In this document: positions 9,304-19,533 of the stretch, piece by piece
How the letters are laid out: each line of letters begins with the position of its first letter
How positions within the stretch are numbered: the first letter of the stretch is position 1
Source of the DNA: Chloroflexota bacterium
Lineage (GTDB): Bacteria > Chloroflexota > UBA11872 > VXOZ01
Direction: 5' to 3'
NCBI GenBank assembly: GCA_022824225.1
Contig: JAJEAH010000028.1
Span: forward strand, 65,766 to 129,765
Length of the DNA: 64,000 nt
Position numbers and translations under genes: made by a program
The notes under the pieces: model-generated
What the model was told of the DNA's origin: nothing
Database searches by the model: none
What the model saw: the letters and a program-made list of their open reading frames with translations, nothing else

Positions 9304-10618
9304 GATTTTGCTCCGCGCCAACACTATGCACACGGCCGGTTGCGGTGGTTTCCACCGTCTGGGCGCGCCTCCGGGTATCTTCGTCGCCTTTCTCAAGTGC
9401 GATGGTTCGGAATTCCTGGCCCTGCTCGATCTCGATATAGGATATGCCGGCGGAGCCAAGCGCCTGCTGCAATGGCGCGCTATCCTTGGCGCTGGCAAAC
9501 GTCTGCGGCACCATGTGCAACACGGTGGGGCGAATGCCTCGCCGTGAAACGTTGACCAAGACCGGCGCCAGATCCGGGTCGGTGCTGGGCGTAATCACGA
9601 TGAGGCTCATGCTACCCCGAATCTGAGGCGTCACTTCACCCAAGACCTGGCCCAAGTCCTCCGTGCCCTGCGCGCGCACCACCGCCAAAATCTCCATGAT
9701 GCGCCACATGTGCTGGCTGCCCTTGTTCGCGCGCAGAGCGCGCTGCTCGGCGCCGTAGGTAATGAGGCCGATGGACTTCTGCTCCCGGATCAAGCGGTAT
9801 ACCAGCGCGGCGGCCAGCTTCACGCCGTACTCCTCGGTGGATTCGTCGCCCTCGCCGGCTTGCACGGCGCCATCGAGATCCAGGACGATCCACGTGCTGC
9901 CCCCAGGCTCCAGGTCGAATTCCTTGGATTGCAAGCGGCCGCGCCGGGCAGTGGTGGGCCAGTGGATGATGTGCAGCGCGTCGCCCGGGACGAATTCGCG
10001 GACGCTGGCGGCGTCTGTGGTGAGGTGCAAGGCGCGCCGCAGCGAGCGAGATTCGCCGGTCTGCCGGCCGGTTGGCAGCGCCAGGCCCGGCACTTCGGTG
10101 ATAGGCGGATAGACGAGAAACGTGGCTTGGTCCGGCAGCACTTTCGTGGCGCGGAAGATGCCGAATGGATCGCCCGTGTAGACGCGCAAAGGCCCCAACC
10201 GGTAGAGTCCCCGCCGGGTGCACATAGCCCGGGTCTTCCACTCTCGGTGCTCACGGGGTCCCAAGCCGGTGACCATGCCGGCTTCGTAGCCCGGCACGTC
10301 GGAGTGGTCGTTTACTTCCACCCAGAGCACGGGCAGCGCGCCGGCATTGGCAACGCGGAACGTCTCGATGACCTCGTCGCCCAGGGTAGCCCACTTGGAG
10401 AGCAAATGGCGCTCAACGGAGAGGTTGCGGATGTTGCGGGTGGTCCAGAAGTAGCTCAAGCCGATCAGGCCGAGCATGGCGTAGAGGAACGAATAGAGGA
10501 CGTTGATGCCGGAAATGAGGGCAGCCACCAACATACCCGCCGTCAGCACAAAGATGAGCGGTCGCTCTAACTGAACTTGGACCGAACCTTGTTCTGCCTG
10601 ACGAGTAGCGTCTTCCAT
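9293..10618 (-). CDS. DUF58 domain protein (vWA-like; usual partner of MoxR and transglutaminase genes)
   Basis: Two N-terminal TM helices and the diagnostic DUF58 motif REFVPGDALHIIHWPTTARRGRLQSKEF. Its stop overlaps the downstream TGase start, indicating translational coupling. Confidence 0.8.
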   Translation of the reverse strand: MEDATRQAEQGSVQVQLERPLIFVLTAGMLVAALISGINVLYSFLYAMLGLIGLSYFWTTRNIRNLSVERHLLSKWATLGDEVIETFRVANAGALPVLWVEVNDHSDVPGYEAGMVTGLGPREHREWKTRAMCTRRGLYRLGPLRVYTGDPFGIFRATKVLPDQATFLVYPPITEVPGLALPTGRQTGESRSLRRALHLTTDAASVREFVPGDALHIIHWPTTARRGRLQSKEFDLEPGGSTWIVLDLDGAVQAGEGDESTEEYGVKLAAALVYRLIREQKSIGLITYGAEQRALRANKGSQHMWRIMEILAVVRAQGTEDLGQVLGEVTPQIRGSMSLIVITPSTDPDLAPVLVNVSRRGIRPTVLHMVPQTFASAKDSAPLQQALGSAGISYIEIEQGQEFRTIALEKGDEDTRRRAQTVETTATGRVHSVGAEQNHGN

Positions 10619-10901
10619 GCCGTTCCGCCCGCCTGCCTATCGTTGGCCGCCACCGCGCATTATTCTTCACTATAACCCAAACCATTCGCAGTTCGCACCG
10701 CTCGCAGTCACATAGCGCAGTTTGGCCGTCTCCTTCAGACTGCCGGTGAGCGATGTGCGCGGCTGCGCGCTTTGCCCTCGTATAGATTGGGTTGTAAGGC
10801 CTGTCCGTGTGCTACCATTTAACTGAGCGCAAAGCCCTGAGTCCGTGATGCGCACGGCTTTCGGCTTACGGATGCAATTGGTTTAGGAGGAATTCAGAAA
10901 C

Positions 10902-12164
10902 GTGGCCGTTCAAGAGACATTGACCGGACTGGATAGTCTCGCCCAGCAAGACCCGGCAATCTACGAGTGGATAGTCAAAGAGCGTCAACGCCAGGAAGAC
11001 CACCTGGAGCTTATCGCCTCCGAGAACTACACGAGCGCCGCGGTGCGTGAGGCCTGCGGCTCGATCCTAACGAACAAGTATGCGGAAGGCTATCCGGGTC
11101 GGCGCTACTACGGCGGCTGCGAGTTTGTCGATGAGATCGAGCAGTTGGCCATCGATCGCGCCAAGCGGCTTTTCGGCGCCGAGCACGCTAACGTGCAACC
11201 GTACTCCGGCTCCAATCCCAATGCCGCCGTCTACTTGGCCATGCTGGAGCCGGGCGACACGGTTATGGGCATGTCCCTGGCCCAGGGCGGGCACCTCACC
11301 CACGGGCATCCGAAGAATTTCTCCGGTCTCGTCTATAATTTCGTGCCCTATGGCGTGAATCTGGAGACGGAACGCATCGACTACGACGAGGTGGAGCGCA
11401 TTGCGCAGAATTGCCAGCCCCGCCTCATCGTCGGCGGCGCGACGGCGTATTCCCGCACCATCGATTTTGCCCGCCTGCGGCAGATAGCCGATGGTGTCGG
11501 CGCCCTGTTCATGGTGGACATGGCGCACATCGCGGGGCTGGTGGCAACCGGTCACCATCGCAGCCCGGTGCCCCACGCCCACTTCGTGACGTCATCCACC
11601 CACAAAACCCTGCGCGGCCCGCGCGGCGGGCTAATCCTGTGCCGCGAGGAATTCGCCAAGAAAGTGGACAGCGCAATCTTCCCCGGTCTGCAGGGCGGAC
11701 CCTTCATGCACATCATGGCGGGCAAGGCGGTGGCCCTGGCCGAGGCGATGACACCGGAGTTCAAGGCATACGGCGAGGCCGTCGTGGCGAATGCGCAGGT
11801 ATTGGCTACAACCCTCATGGAGAACGGCTTGCGGGTGGTATCCGGCGGCACGGAAAACCACCTGATGGTGGTGGACTTCGGCCAGGACGGGCCGTCCGGC
11901 AAGGTGGTCGAAGCGGCGCTGGCCAAGGCCAATATCACGGTGAACAAGAACACGGTACCGCGCGAAACGCGCTCGGCGTTCGTGTCGAGCGGCGTGCGCA
12001 TCGGGTCCCCCGCCGTCACCACGCGCGGCATGGGCGTGCCGGAAATGGCGCGCATCGGCCGCGGCATTGCCGAGGTTGTGCACAACCGCAGGGACGCGGC
12101 TGCGCTCGCGCGTGTACAGCAAGACGTGCTCGACCTCTGCGGCGCCTTCCCCGCACCGGTATGA
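10902..12164 (+). CDS. glyA: Serine hydroxymethyltransferase
   Basis: Full-length SHMT with hallmarks ([16 protein letters not shown]-lysine region; LIASENYTS). GTG start preceded by a TAGGAGGA ribosome-binding site. Confidence 0.95.
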   Translation: MAVQETLTGLDSLAQQDPAIYEWIVKERQRQEDHLELIASENYTSAAVREACGSILTNKYAEGYPGRRYYGGCEFVDEIEQLAIDRAKRLFGAEHANVQPYSGSNPNAAVYLAMLEPGDTVMGMSLAQGGHLTHGHPKNFSGLVYNFVPYGVNLETERIDYDEVERIAQNCQPRLIVGGATAYSRTIDFARLRQIADGVGALFMVDMAHIAGLVATGHHRSPVPHAHFVTSSTHKTLRGPRGGLILCREEFAKKVDSAIFPGLQGGPFMHIMAGKAVALAEAMTPEFKAYGEAVVANAQVLATTLMENGLRVVSGGTENHLMVVDFGQDGPSGKVVEAALAKANITVNKNTVPRETRSAFVSSGVRIGSPAVTTRGMGVPEMARIGRGIAEVVHNRRDAAALARVQQDVLDLCGAFPAPV

Positions 12165-12348
12165 CCGTTCTGAAGTCTGTGTGTAGGCACAGCGAACTCC
12201 CGAAAGAGTGCTCTTTAACGTTCTTTGCGGTTGTAGGTGTTGACGCTGCGCTCTCGTCGGCGTAGGGTGAGAGCAAAGAGCAACTGCGCGTTTCGAGTTC
12301 CGGTGATTGGATCGGCGGGGCCGCGCGCGGGAAGTTTCAAGGGAAACG

Positions 12349-13556
12349 CCATGCAACGTGTACTGAAAACTCTCAGCCTCTTGGCATTTGCTGTCCTCGT
12401 ATTCGCCCCGCTCACGCCGGCACTCGGCGTCCAGGCCGCGAGCAGACTTGCGCGCGGAGCGGTCATTTCCCTTGAGGATACGCCCCACCTCTGGTTTGCC
12501 GACGAAGCGGGAGTCCTGCATTGGGGCGGCGATACCCGCGCGCTTGCCGGCCGCTACATCAATTGGAATTTGTACGCAGTGGTGAGCCTCGCGGAACTCC
12601 AGGCCTTTGAGATTGGCGATCCCTGGCTTACTGCCGGACTCATCAAGGAGGGCGACCCGATCTACCTCGTCAAGTGGGAGACGGACTGGGCCGAGCCAAA
12701 GCTCCTGCACATTCAGTCCTGGAGCGATGCTGAGATCTTTGGCCTGAGCGGCAGCAACTATGGGAATTTCGTTTACGATATCCCAACGTGGGAGGCCGAA
12801 TACGGGCTTGCGGTCAGCGGACTTACGCGCTCGCCATTGGCGCCGGCCACACCGCCTGTTGATTCCACGCCACACTCAGTGCCGGGAACGCCGCTTAGTC
12901 TGGAGGCAGTGCTGCAACGCTTGGCTTCACTGACGACCGACGACGATGATGACGACGACGATGGCGACGCAACCGACACGGCAACCGCCACCGCCACGGC
13001 TACGGCAACCGGGAGCCAGACCGCCACCGCAACCGCGACGGCGACTGACGACGGTACATCTTTGACGGTGACCGCAACGGACGATACGGCGGACTATCAG
13101 AATGTGCTCACGGCTACTGCCACCGACACGGCGACGGCGACCGGCGATCAAACGGCGACAGCCACGGCCACGGCCACTGACGACGGTACATCCGTGACGG
13201 TGACCGAAACGGACGATACACCGCAGCAGCCGCAGCCACGGAATGAGCTCACGCCAACGGCTACCGACACGGCAACGGCCACGGCCACGAACGGACTGAC
13301 GGCGACGGCCACGGCCACGGCGACTGACGACGGCACCTCCGTGACCGTGACTGAAACGGACGACACGCCGGAGAATCTGGTAACGACAACGGCGACCGAT
13401 ACGGCAACCGCTACGGCCACGGGGGATCAAACGGCGACGGCCACGGCCACGGCGACCGACGACGGCACGTCCGTGACGATCACCGCGACCGATCCTACCG
13501 ACGATACCCTAACCGCTACCGACACAGACGTGAGCGGGAGTACCGATAGCGGCTAG
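12349..13556 (+). CDS. Secreted protein with a C-terminal Thr/Ala-rich tandem-repeat region
   Basis: Signal peptide MQRVLKTLSLLAFAVLVFAPLTPALGVQAAS, an ~190-aa globular region, a poly-Asp stretch, then four ~45-aa repeats (TATATATATDDGTSVTVTETDDTP...). Start chosen at the signal-peptide ATG within the longer ORF. Confidence 0.6.
12940..13540 (+). repeat. Coding tandem repeat, about 4 x ~130 nt, encoding (TA)n-DDGTSVTVTETDDTP units
   Basis: Direct nucleotide and amino-acid periodicity is visible in the sequence (gacgacggtacatc...gtgaccg... units recur). Confidence 0.8.
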
Positions 13557-13836
13557 GTAGTGTTGACGTTGCGCCGTCTTTACCGCGCCCGGGAATCCAC
13601 TTTTACGCTGCACAGACTGTCCTGCTGCGAGGGGGAGCGTGTGACCGTTCGCGCGAAGACTGTCTTCGTCACAGGCTTTGCACGTTAGGCCGCTGAGCAA
13701 AGCAACCGTGAATCCCGCACAAACGCTTGAGATTCCGCGAACGCTGTTTGACGCTTGCGCTCGGCATAGCATCAATTCTCAACAAAGCCTAGATGTAGTT
13801 GCATTGAAAAGCTCCTTGCCGTGAAACAATAGCGCC

Positions 13837-15060
13837 GTGCCCGACGTATTGGCTGCGCCTGCCCTGACGCCGCAGGTGTCTTTGCCCGACGACCCGGTCT
13901 TGGGCGATTTCCCCTACCTCTTTGATGGGGAATGGGTCTGGCGCGCGTACTGCGCGTCGTTCGGTGCGCCCGCCGAATGGCCGCACGCCCTCCGGTTTCG
14001 GCAAGTCAGCTACAATCCCGGCCGCAGCGCCGTTGCCACGTACGTGGCTGAGCGGTACTGGGAAGACTTTGCCTCCCAGGAGCAGTTCGCCGTGGAGCTT
14101 GCCCGCGACCGGCCTGCGCGCCTGTTTCGCTATCCCGACGACCGCTCCCTGCCGGGTCTGCGGGAAGTGGCCTCTGCCATACCGGCCTGCAACCTGCTCA
14201 ACCGCTATGTATTCGCGTCGACAGTACAGCGCGTGCGCGTGAGCCTCGTGCGCTACCGTCCCGCCGGCCACGCCGTCTTGCGGCACCGCGTCGGCCGCGT
14301 ACGCTTCTACGTGCGGGCGATGCGGCCCGACCGCGTGCCCCGTTTGCTCAAGGCAGGGGAGACTGCCGGCCGGACGGACTTCGTCATACCGCGGCTGGCG
14401 GGTAGCTGGGCTGAGGGCGGTATCGTCTGGCTCTCCGAAATCCCCGGCAAGAACCTGCGCCGGCTCATCCGCACGGGCCAAGAGCCGGACTTTGCGCCAA
14501 TCTTGGCAAATCTGTCACAGCTTTGGAATGTCCCCATCGCGGTTGACGACCACCGGCCGTTCTATCTGCGTGGCGCCTACCGCCGGGCGCGGCGCGTCTT
14601 TCGTCACGTGCTCCGCGACCATGACGCGCCCCGCCAGGCGCTGCGGCAAGCCAGCAATAAGCTCGAACCGTTTGTCGAGTCGTGGCGGGCCACGTCAATG
14701 GCCCACAACGACTTCTATGACGACCAACTCATTCGCATCCCCGACGGCAGGATTGCCCTGGTAGATTTCGAGGAGACCGGACTGGGAGACCCTCTGCTCG
14801 ACGTAGGAAACTTCCTGGCCCACATGCGCTGGTCGGCGCACTTTGGGGGCGATGTGGAAGCGAAGGCCAGCGGCGACTACTACGGCCGCTTTCGCGACGC
14901 GGCGTTGGCGCGTTTTGGGTGGAGCGAGCGGGAACTCAACCTGCGGGAAGCGGTCTGCATCTTCAGAGTGGGCACCAACCCCATCCGCCATCTTGCGCCG
15001 GACTGGCCGCAACGAATCGAGCAGGCATTCGCGTTGGTGAACGACGTGTTAGACCGGTAG
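13837..15060 (+). CDS. Phosphotransferase-family (APH/choline-kinase-like) protein kinase-fold enzyme
   Basis: C-terminal catalytic-loop and metal-binding motifs HNDFYDDQLI ... IALVDFEETGLGDPLLDVGNFLAHM, typical of the APH fold. The start codon is uncertain (GTG, no clear ribosome-binding site). Confidence 0.5.
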   Translation: MPDVLAAPALTPQVSLPDDPVLGDFPYLFDGEWVWRAYCASFGAPAEWPHALRFRQVSYNPGRSAVATYVAERYWEDFASQEQFAVELARDRPARLFRYPDDRSLPGLREVASAIPACNLLNRYVFASTVQRVRVSLVRYRPAGHAVLRHRVGRVRFYVRAMRPDRVPRLLKAGETAGRTDFVIPRLAGSWAEGGIVWLSEIPGKNLRRLIRTGQEPDFAPILANLSQLWNVPIAVDDHRPFYLRGAYRRARRVFRHVLRDHDAPRQALRQASNKLEPFVESWRATSMAHNDFYDDQLIRIPDGRIALVDFEETGLGDPLLDVGNFLAHMRWSAHFGGDVEAKASGDYYGRFRDAALARFGWSERELNLREAVCIFRVGTNPIRHLAPDWPQRIEQAFALVNDVLDR

Positions 15061-15091
15061 GCGAGCGCACCGGCGCGGGCCCGGCTGACCG

Positions 15092-15889
15092 TCAACCCTC
15101 GCGATGGTCTACGCGAGGTCCGTACGGCAAGTCGCGCAGGTCGTCCACTACCTCGACGATTGCCTTGCTCACCGTTTCGAGAATGCGCTCGCCTTTCCAG
15201 GCTGCGCCGAGTGTGGGGTCGCCGCCCGTGCCGTCTCGCGACATCTTGCTCAGGTGGTCCACGAACTTTACCGGCGAGCCGCCCATGAGGTCCCGGTAGT
15301 GCCACTTGGTGCGAATCCGATAGTCAGCCCGCGCTTTATCGAGCTTGACCCGCGCCGGATCGAGCGCCATATAGATCGAGGTTTCAAACTCGCCGGCGTG
15401 GTCCATGCCGCCGGGATACTCGGATTCACGCCACTGTTTCACCTCGTCCTGCGCCAAGTCCCAGTACGAAACAAGCGCACAGGCGGCGTCCGCGTGCAGT
15501 GTGGCCAGCCGCGCCGACACTTGCAGCAGCGGGTCATTGGAAGCGTGTCCGTTGACGAAGAGGATTACGGGAAAGCCGTGGTGCGCAAAGCTCACGGCAA
15601 CGTCGTAGCAGTAGTCAATGAAGTGCTGCGCTCGCACGGAGATTGTGCCGGGAAAGTCCATGTTGTGCTCGTTGAAGCCGTAGTGAATCGGCGGCGCGCA
15701 GAGGATTCTGTCTGGCGCAGCCTTCGCCGCCCGCTCGCAGACGGCCAATGCCGCCACGTTGTCCGTGTCGATGGGCAGGTGCGGGCCGTGCTGCTCGATG
15801 GCCGCCACCGGCAGCAGGATAGCCTTCATGTTCTGCGCAGCGTGGCGCACTTCAGGCCAGGTCAGCTTGGCGTAGCGCCATTCCGCCAT
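15092..15889 (-). CDS. Creatininase-family amidohydrolase
   Basis: MAEWRYAKLTWPEVRHAAQNMKAILLPVAAIEQHGPHLPIDTDN... matches the creatinine amidohydrolase family N-terminus and metal-ligand pattern. Confidence 0.85.
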   Translation of the reverse strand: MAEWRYAKLTWPEVRHAAQNMKAILLPVAAIEQHGPHLPIDTDNVAALAVCERAAKAAPDRILCAPPIHYGFNEHNMDFPGTISVRAQHFIDYCYDVAVSFAHHGFPVILFVNGHASNDPLLQVSARLATLHADAACALVSYWDLAQDEVKQWRESEYPGGMDHAGEFETSIYMALDPARVKLDKARADYRIRTKWHYRDLMGGSPVKFVDHLSKMSRDGTGGDPTLGAAWKGERILETVSKAIVEVVDDLRDLPYGPRVDHREG

Positions 15890-16034
15890 TGACTTGCCCC
15901 CAATTGCTCCTTGCGACGCTCTGTTCGGTCTCAGTATAGATGAGTTGTGACTGCCCAGCTTGCAGGTAGAAATAGAGAAAGGTACAGTCTAGGTGGGCGT
16001 GTTACACGTTTCACAAAGGTTAAGGAGCACACGA

Positions 16035-17398
16035 TGAAGGAAAAAATTCTGCGGCGGACCTTCCTCGGCGGCGCTGGCGCCACCGCGGCGGGCGCGCTGT
16101 TCGTAGCTTGCGGCCAGGCCGCCCCCATGGAAACGGCTGAGGCGCCGGCAGAGGAAGAAGCGCCGCAAGAAGAGGAAGCACAACCGGCCGCGGCGGAAGC
16201 CGTCGAGCTGGAAGTGTGGACGACCGCGCGCTGGGACCTTTCAACGGGCTTGGGCTTGGAGGTCAAGCAGGAAATCGAGGCCCTGGTAGAGGGCCTCACC
16301 GTCAAGGACCAGATTCCTGAAGGCAACCGCTTCACCATCCTGATCGCGGCGCAAGCGGCCGGCACCTCGCCTGACATCGGCCAGGTGGGCGTGTGGCAGA
16401 ACCAGCAGGTGGCGGCCGGCGGCATCGTCGACAGCCTGGAGCAGTACTACGCCCAATCGCCGGTCATCAATAAGGATGACATCTGGCCGTCGCTGCGCAT
16501 CGACATGGACCACAAGGGCCAGGTGTGGAGCATGCCCTTTGGCCCGGACGTGCGCTTCTTCTACATCCACGACAATCTCTACCTGGACGCGGGCCTCGAT
16601 CCGGAGACCCCGCCGGAAACGTGGACGGACCTGGAGGACGTGATTTCCAAGTCATTCAAGGGCGGCAATACCATCGAGCAGGTGGCCTGGGGCCCGTTGT
16701 GGGCCAACCGCCACGTCTGGATGGTGCCCATGTGGCAGCTTGGCGGCGAGAACATCAATGAAGACCGCACCAAGATCACGCTCAATACCGAGGAAGGCCG
16801 CGAGGGCATGGCGTGGCTGAAGAAGGTGCACGACATGCAGGGCGGCTACGACGCGTTGCAGCAGTTCAAGGGCGACGAGAACGCCCGTGCCCACTTCTAT
16901 GCCAGCCGGTTGGCGAACCTCTATGACACCGGCTCGATCCGGTTTGAGAGCATCGCCCAGGAAGCGCCGGACCTCGAGTATCACTGGGGTCACTGGCCCA
17001 AGCCCGCCGACGGCTTCAACCGCACCTACGGCGGTTGCCACACGTGGGTGATGCCCGTGGGCGCCACGCATAAAGCTGAGGCGTGGACGTTCATGGAGCA
17101 CTTTGGCGTTGATGACGTCAACATCCGCTGGGCCAAGCACTTCGACCGCCTCCCCATTCGCGTGGACACGTCGTACAGTGAGGCGTACCACGGCGGCGAT
17201 CCGTTCGTTATCCACCAAGTTGACGTAATGGAAGGCCGGCGCTTTGTGGTCTCGGCCCCCGGCGCCAACGAGATGCTCGGCATCATGAGCGGCGGCGTGC
17301 CGGATATGCTCACCGGCAAGACCACCATCGAGGAAGGCTTGCGGCTCACCGAGGCGCAGGCGCAGACCGTGCTCGACGAGTGGCTGGCGCGTGAGTAA
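16035..17398 (+). CDS. ABC transporter substrate-binding protein (family 1, carbohydrate/oligosaccharide type), lipoprotein
   Basis: Start at the ATG preceded by AAGGAG. Tat-like/lipoprotein leader MKEKILRRTFLGGAGATAAGALFVACGQ, an Ala/Glu/Pro linker, then a family-1 solute-binding-protein fold. Confidence 0.85.
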
Positions 17399-17595
17399 GG
17401 CAGTACGCTAAGCGGTCTCGCGCAGGCGTTGCGGCGCAGGCGCGTCCGCTCTGACGGTAGCAAGGGAGCATCCAGTACTTCGCCGTGCGGTGGGAGTGCT
17501 GGGTGCTCCGTGATTCTTTTATACGGCATGTGGAAAGAGCCGCTAGCCGGGCGCGATCAAGTCAGCACACACGAGATGTGGTGAGGAGTGAAGCC

Positions 17596-19146
17596 ATGAG
17601 CGCTATGGAATTCGACCGTAACTTGATCCGGCTGCCGCTGGACTACAAGGGCACGCCGGAACTGGCGGAGATCCGCGTGACTGTGCCCAGCATCGTGCCG
17701 CCGGACGTTCAGGGCGGAGAGTTCAAAATCGGCCTGGAGTTGCGCGACCAATGGGGCTTTCACCTGCCTAAGCAGAGCGCCCGCCTGGAACTCTCTATGG
17801 AAGGGGCGACCGGCGAAGTACCCGCAGAAGTGCCCATGCTGCCGGAGTATGACAGCCACTACGCCGTACAAGGCCGCGTCACCGAAAAGGACCGGGTCTT
17901 TCGCGTCCGGGCGCGCGACCGCGAGACCGGCATAGAGGCGCTTAGCAATCCCGCCTGGGCGCCCGGTTTCATGTACCGGGGCGATCACAAGCTCTATTGG
18001 GGCGACCTGCACTGTCACCGCTTGGAAAACCCCAGCCGCAAGCGCACAGATCCGCTCCTGTGGAGCTATGGGCCCGCTACCGTGGATGAGGTCTATCGCT
18101 TCGCCCGCGACGTGGTGAACTTGGACTTCACGGCGCTCACCGACCACGATTACGCCCTGAGCACCGACGAGTGGCGCGAGATGCAAGAGGGCGCGGAGTT
18201 CTATAACCAGCCTGAACGGTTTGTAACACTGCTTGGCTACGAGTGGTCGTGGAATCGCGGGCCGGACGCCGACTGCGGCCACCGCAACGTGATCTTCCGC
18301 CACGGCGACATGCCGCTCATTTCCAGCAATTGGAAGGGGTCCAACACGCCCCAAGACCTCTTCAACATCTTTCGCCGCCTTTCCCGCACGGGTAGGGACA
18401 TTCTCTCGATTCCCCATCACCCGGCGCGCCTGGGGAACCGCATTTGGCACAACTGGGAATCCATGGACCCGGAGTTCGAGCGCCTCATGGAGGTCTATAG
18501 TCACTGGGGCAGCAGCGAGCACGAGGGCGAGCCCTACCCGCTCAAGAGCAGAAACGAGAGCACGCAGTGGGACCACCCCCAAGCGGAGTATCCGCCCTAT
18601 GAGGCCACGGGGCACTTTCTGCAGGACGGGCTGCGCCAGGGCTTTCGCTTTGGGTTCGTGGGCGGCAGCGAAAGCCACGACGGCCGCGCTACGAGCAGCG
18701 TGCAGATTGCCCACCTGCCCATAAAGGTGACAACGTTCAACCACCATGCCGGCATGACGGGTGTGTGGGCCCGCCGCCGCGAGCGCGACACGGTCTTCAG
18801 TTCGCTCTGGCAACGCCGCGCCATCGGCACCACCGGCCAGCGCATCTTGCTCGATTTCGACGTGGACAACCAGCCCATGGGCGAAATTATCAGTGTGCAG
18901 ACGCCGCCCAAGCAGATGCGCGTGCGCGTCCATGGCACGGCGCCGCTTGCAAGAGTGGTGGTGGTCAAGAACAATCAGGACTGGCACGTGGTGGAGACGC
19001 CGGGCTGGGAGTGCGCCTTTACGTTGGATGAGATCGAGATGCCCCAAGACCGCGCCGACTGGTACTACGTGCGTGTAACGCAGGAAGACGGCGAAATGGC
19101 GTGGTCGAGTCCGATCTGGATCGAAGACGCGCGGAGAGTCTTTTAG
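17596..19146 (+). CDS. PHP-like / DUF3604-family putative metal-dependent hydrolase, paralog 1 (intact HxH motif)
   Basis: Motifs YWGDLHCH, TDHDY, GYEWSW, IPHHP, GGSESHDG, AIGTTGQRI. The C-terminal beta-rich domain ends in WSSPIWIE. Start chosen at an internal ATG after GGTGAGGAGTGAAGCC. Confidence 0.65.
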   Translation: MSAMEFDRNLIRLPLDYKGTPELAEIRVTVPSIVPPDVQGGEFKIGLELRDQWGFHLPKQSARLELSMEGATGEVPAEVPMLPEYDSHYAVQGRVTEKDRVFRVRARDRETGIEALSNPAWAPGFMYRGDHKLYWGDLHCHRLENPSRKRTDPLLWSYGPATVDEVYRFARDVVNLDFTALTDHDYALSTDEWREMQEGAEFYNQPERFVTLLGYEWSWNRGPDADCGHRNVIFRHGDMPLISSNWKGSNTPQDLFNIFRRLSRTGRDILSIPHHPARLGNRIWHNWESMDPEFERLMEVYSHWGSSEHEGEPYPLKSRNESTQWDHPQAEYPPYEATGHFLQDGLRQGFRFGFVGGSESHDGRATSSVQIAHLPIKVTTFNHHAGMTGVWARRRERDTVFSSLWQRRAIGTTGQRILLDFDVDNQPMGEIISVQTPPKQMRVRVHGTAPLARVVVVKNNQDWHVVETPGWECAFTLDEIEMPQDRADWYYVRVTQEDGEMAWSSPIWIEDARRVF

Positions 19147-19269
19147 TCCATTGACGCGGCGGAGTGCGCGCGCCCCGCGACTGCCAGCGGCGTGGCAACT
19201 CAATTCGTCACTCCTGTGGCAACCCAGTCGCCATTCCCTTAGCAACTGAGTCCGTCATTCCCGTGAAAA

Positions 19270-19430
19270 CGGGAATCCATCCTCTCCGTGTTTAGCGTGC
19301 CTGTGTGCTCTCTAGCATGGAGACGCAATCCTGCGTAGGGGCGGTTCGCGAACTGCCCCTACGCGGAATTTGCGATGGCAGGCATGGTTGCGCGTGGGAA
19401 CATTGGGGCGCGAACCGCCCCTACAGCGCG
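19270..19430. repeat. REP-like palindromic elements: the hairpin gtcattcccgtgaaaacgggaatc, and a 16-bp inverted repeat gtaggggcggttcgcg...cgcgaaccgcccctac
   Basis: Exact reverse-complement pairs. The same two hairpin families recur at 24775-24845, 26468-26492 and 30640-30690. Confidence 0.75.
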
Positions 19431-19533
19431 CAATGGACAAAAGCGCCCTGCCGCACGCTGTGATACGATACCGCAGGGCATAGTGCCAAATGCCTGGCAG
19501 TTCAAGCGGTGAAACGAAAGGTGGCGGCAAACT

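Noticed and set aside
6847-9498. Longer 883-aa version of the transglutaminase-like gene overlapping DUF58 by about 200 nt
   Set aside because: An ATG at 9303 overlaps the DUF58 stop codon (translational coupling) and precedes the first TM helix. The upstream extension is Arg/Pro-rich low-complexity.
10619-10901. glyA leader (about 280 nt) examined for a ZTP or glycine riboswitch
   Set aside because: I could not recognise the conserved ZTP (pfl) pseudoknot or core sequences, nor the glycine aptamer consensus. Left as unassigned 5' UTR.
12940-13540. Considered whether the periodic repeats (TA-repeat region, 38-bp and 17-bp arrays) could be CRISPR arrays
   Set aside because: The units are contiguous, with no unique spacers. 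One array is coding. There is no cas gene or leader.
15104-15892. 262-aa plus-strand ORF covering the creatininase gene
   Set aside because: It is the antisense shadow. The minus-strand frame carries the creatininase-family N-terminus and metal-ligand pattern.
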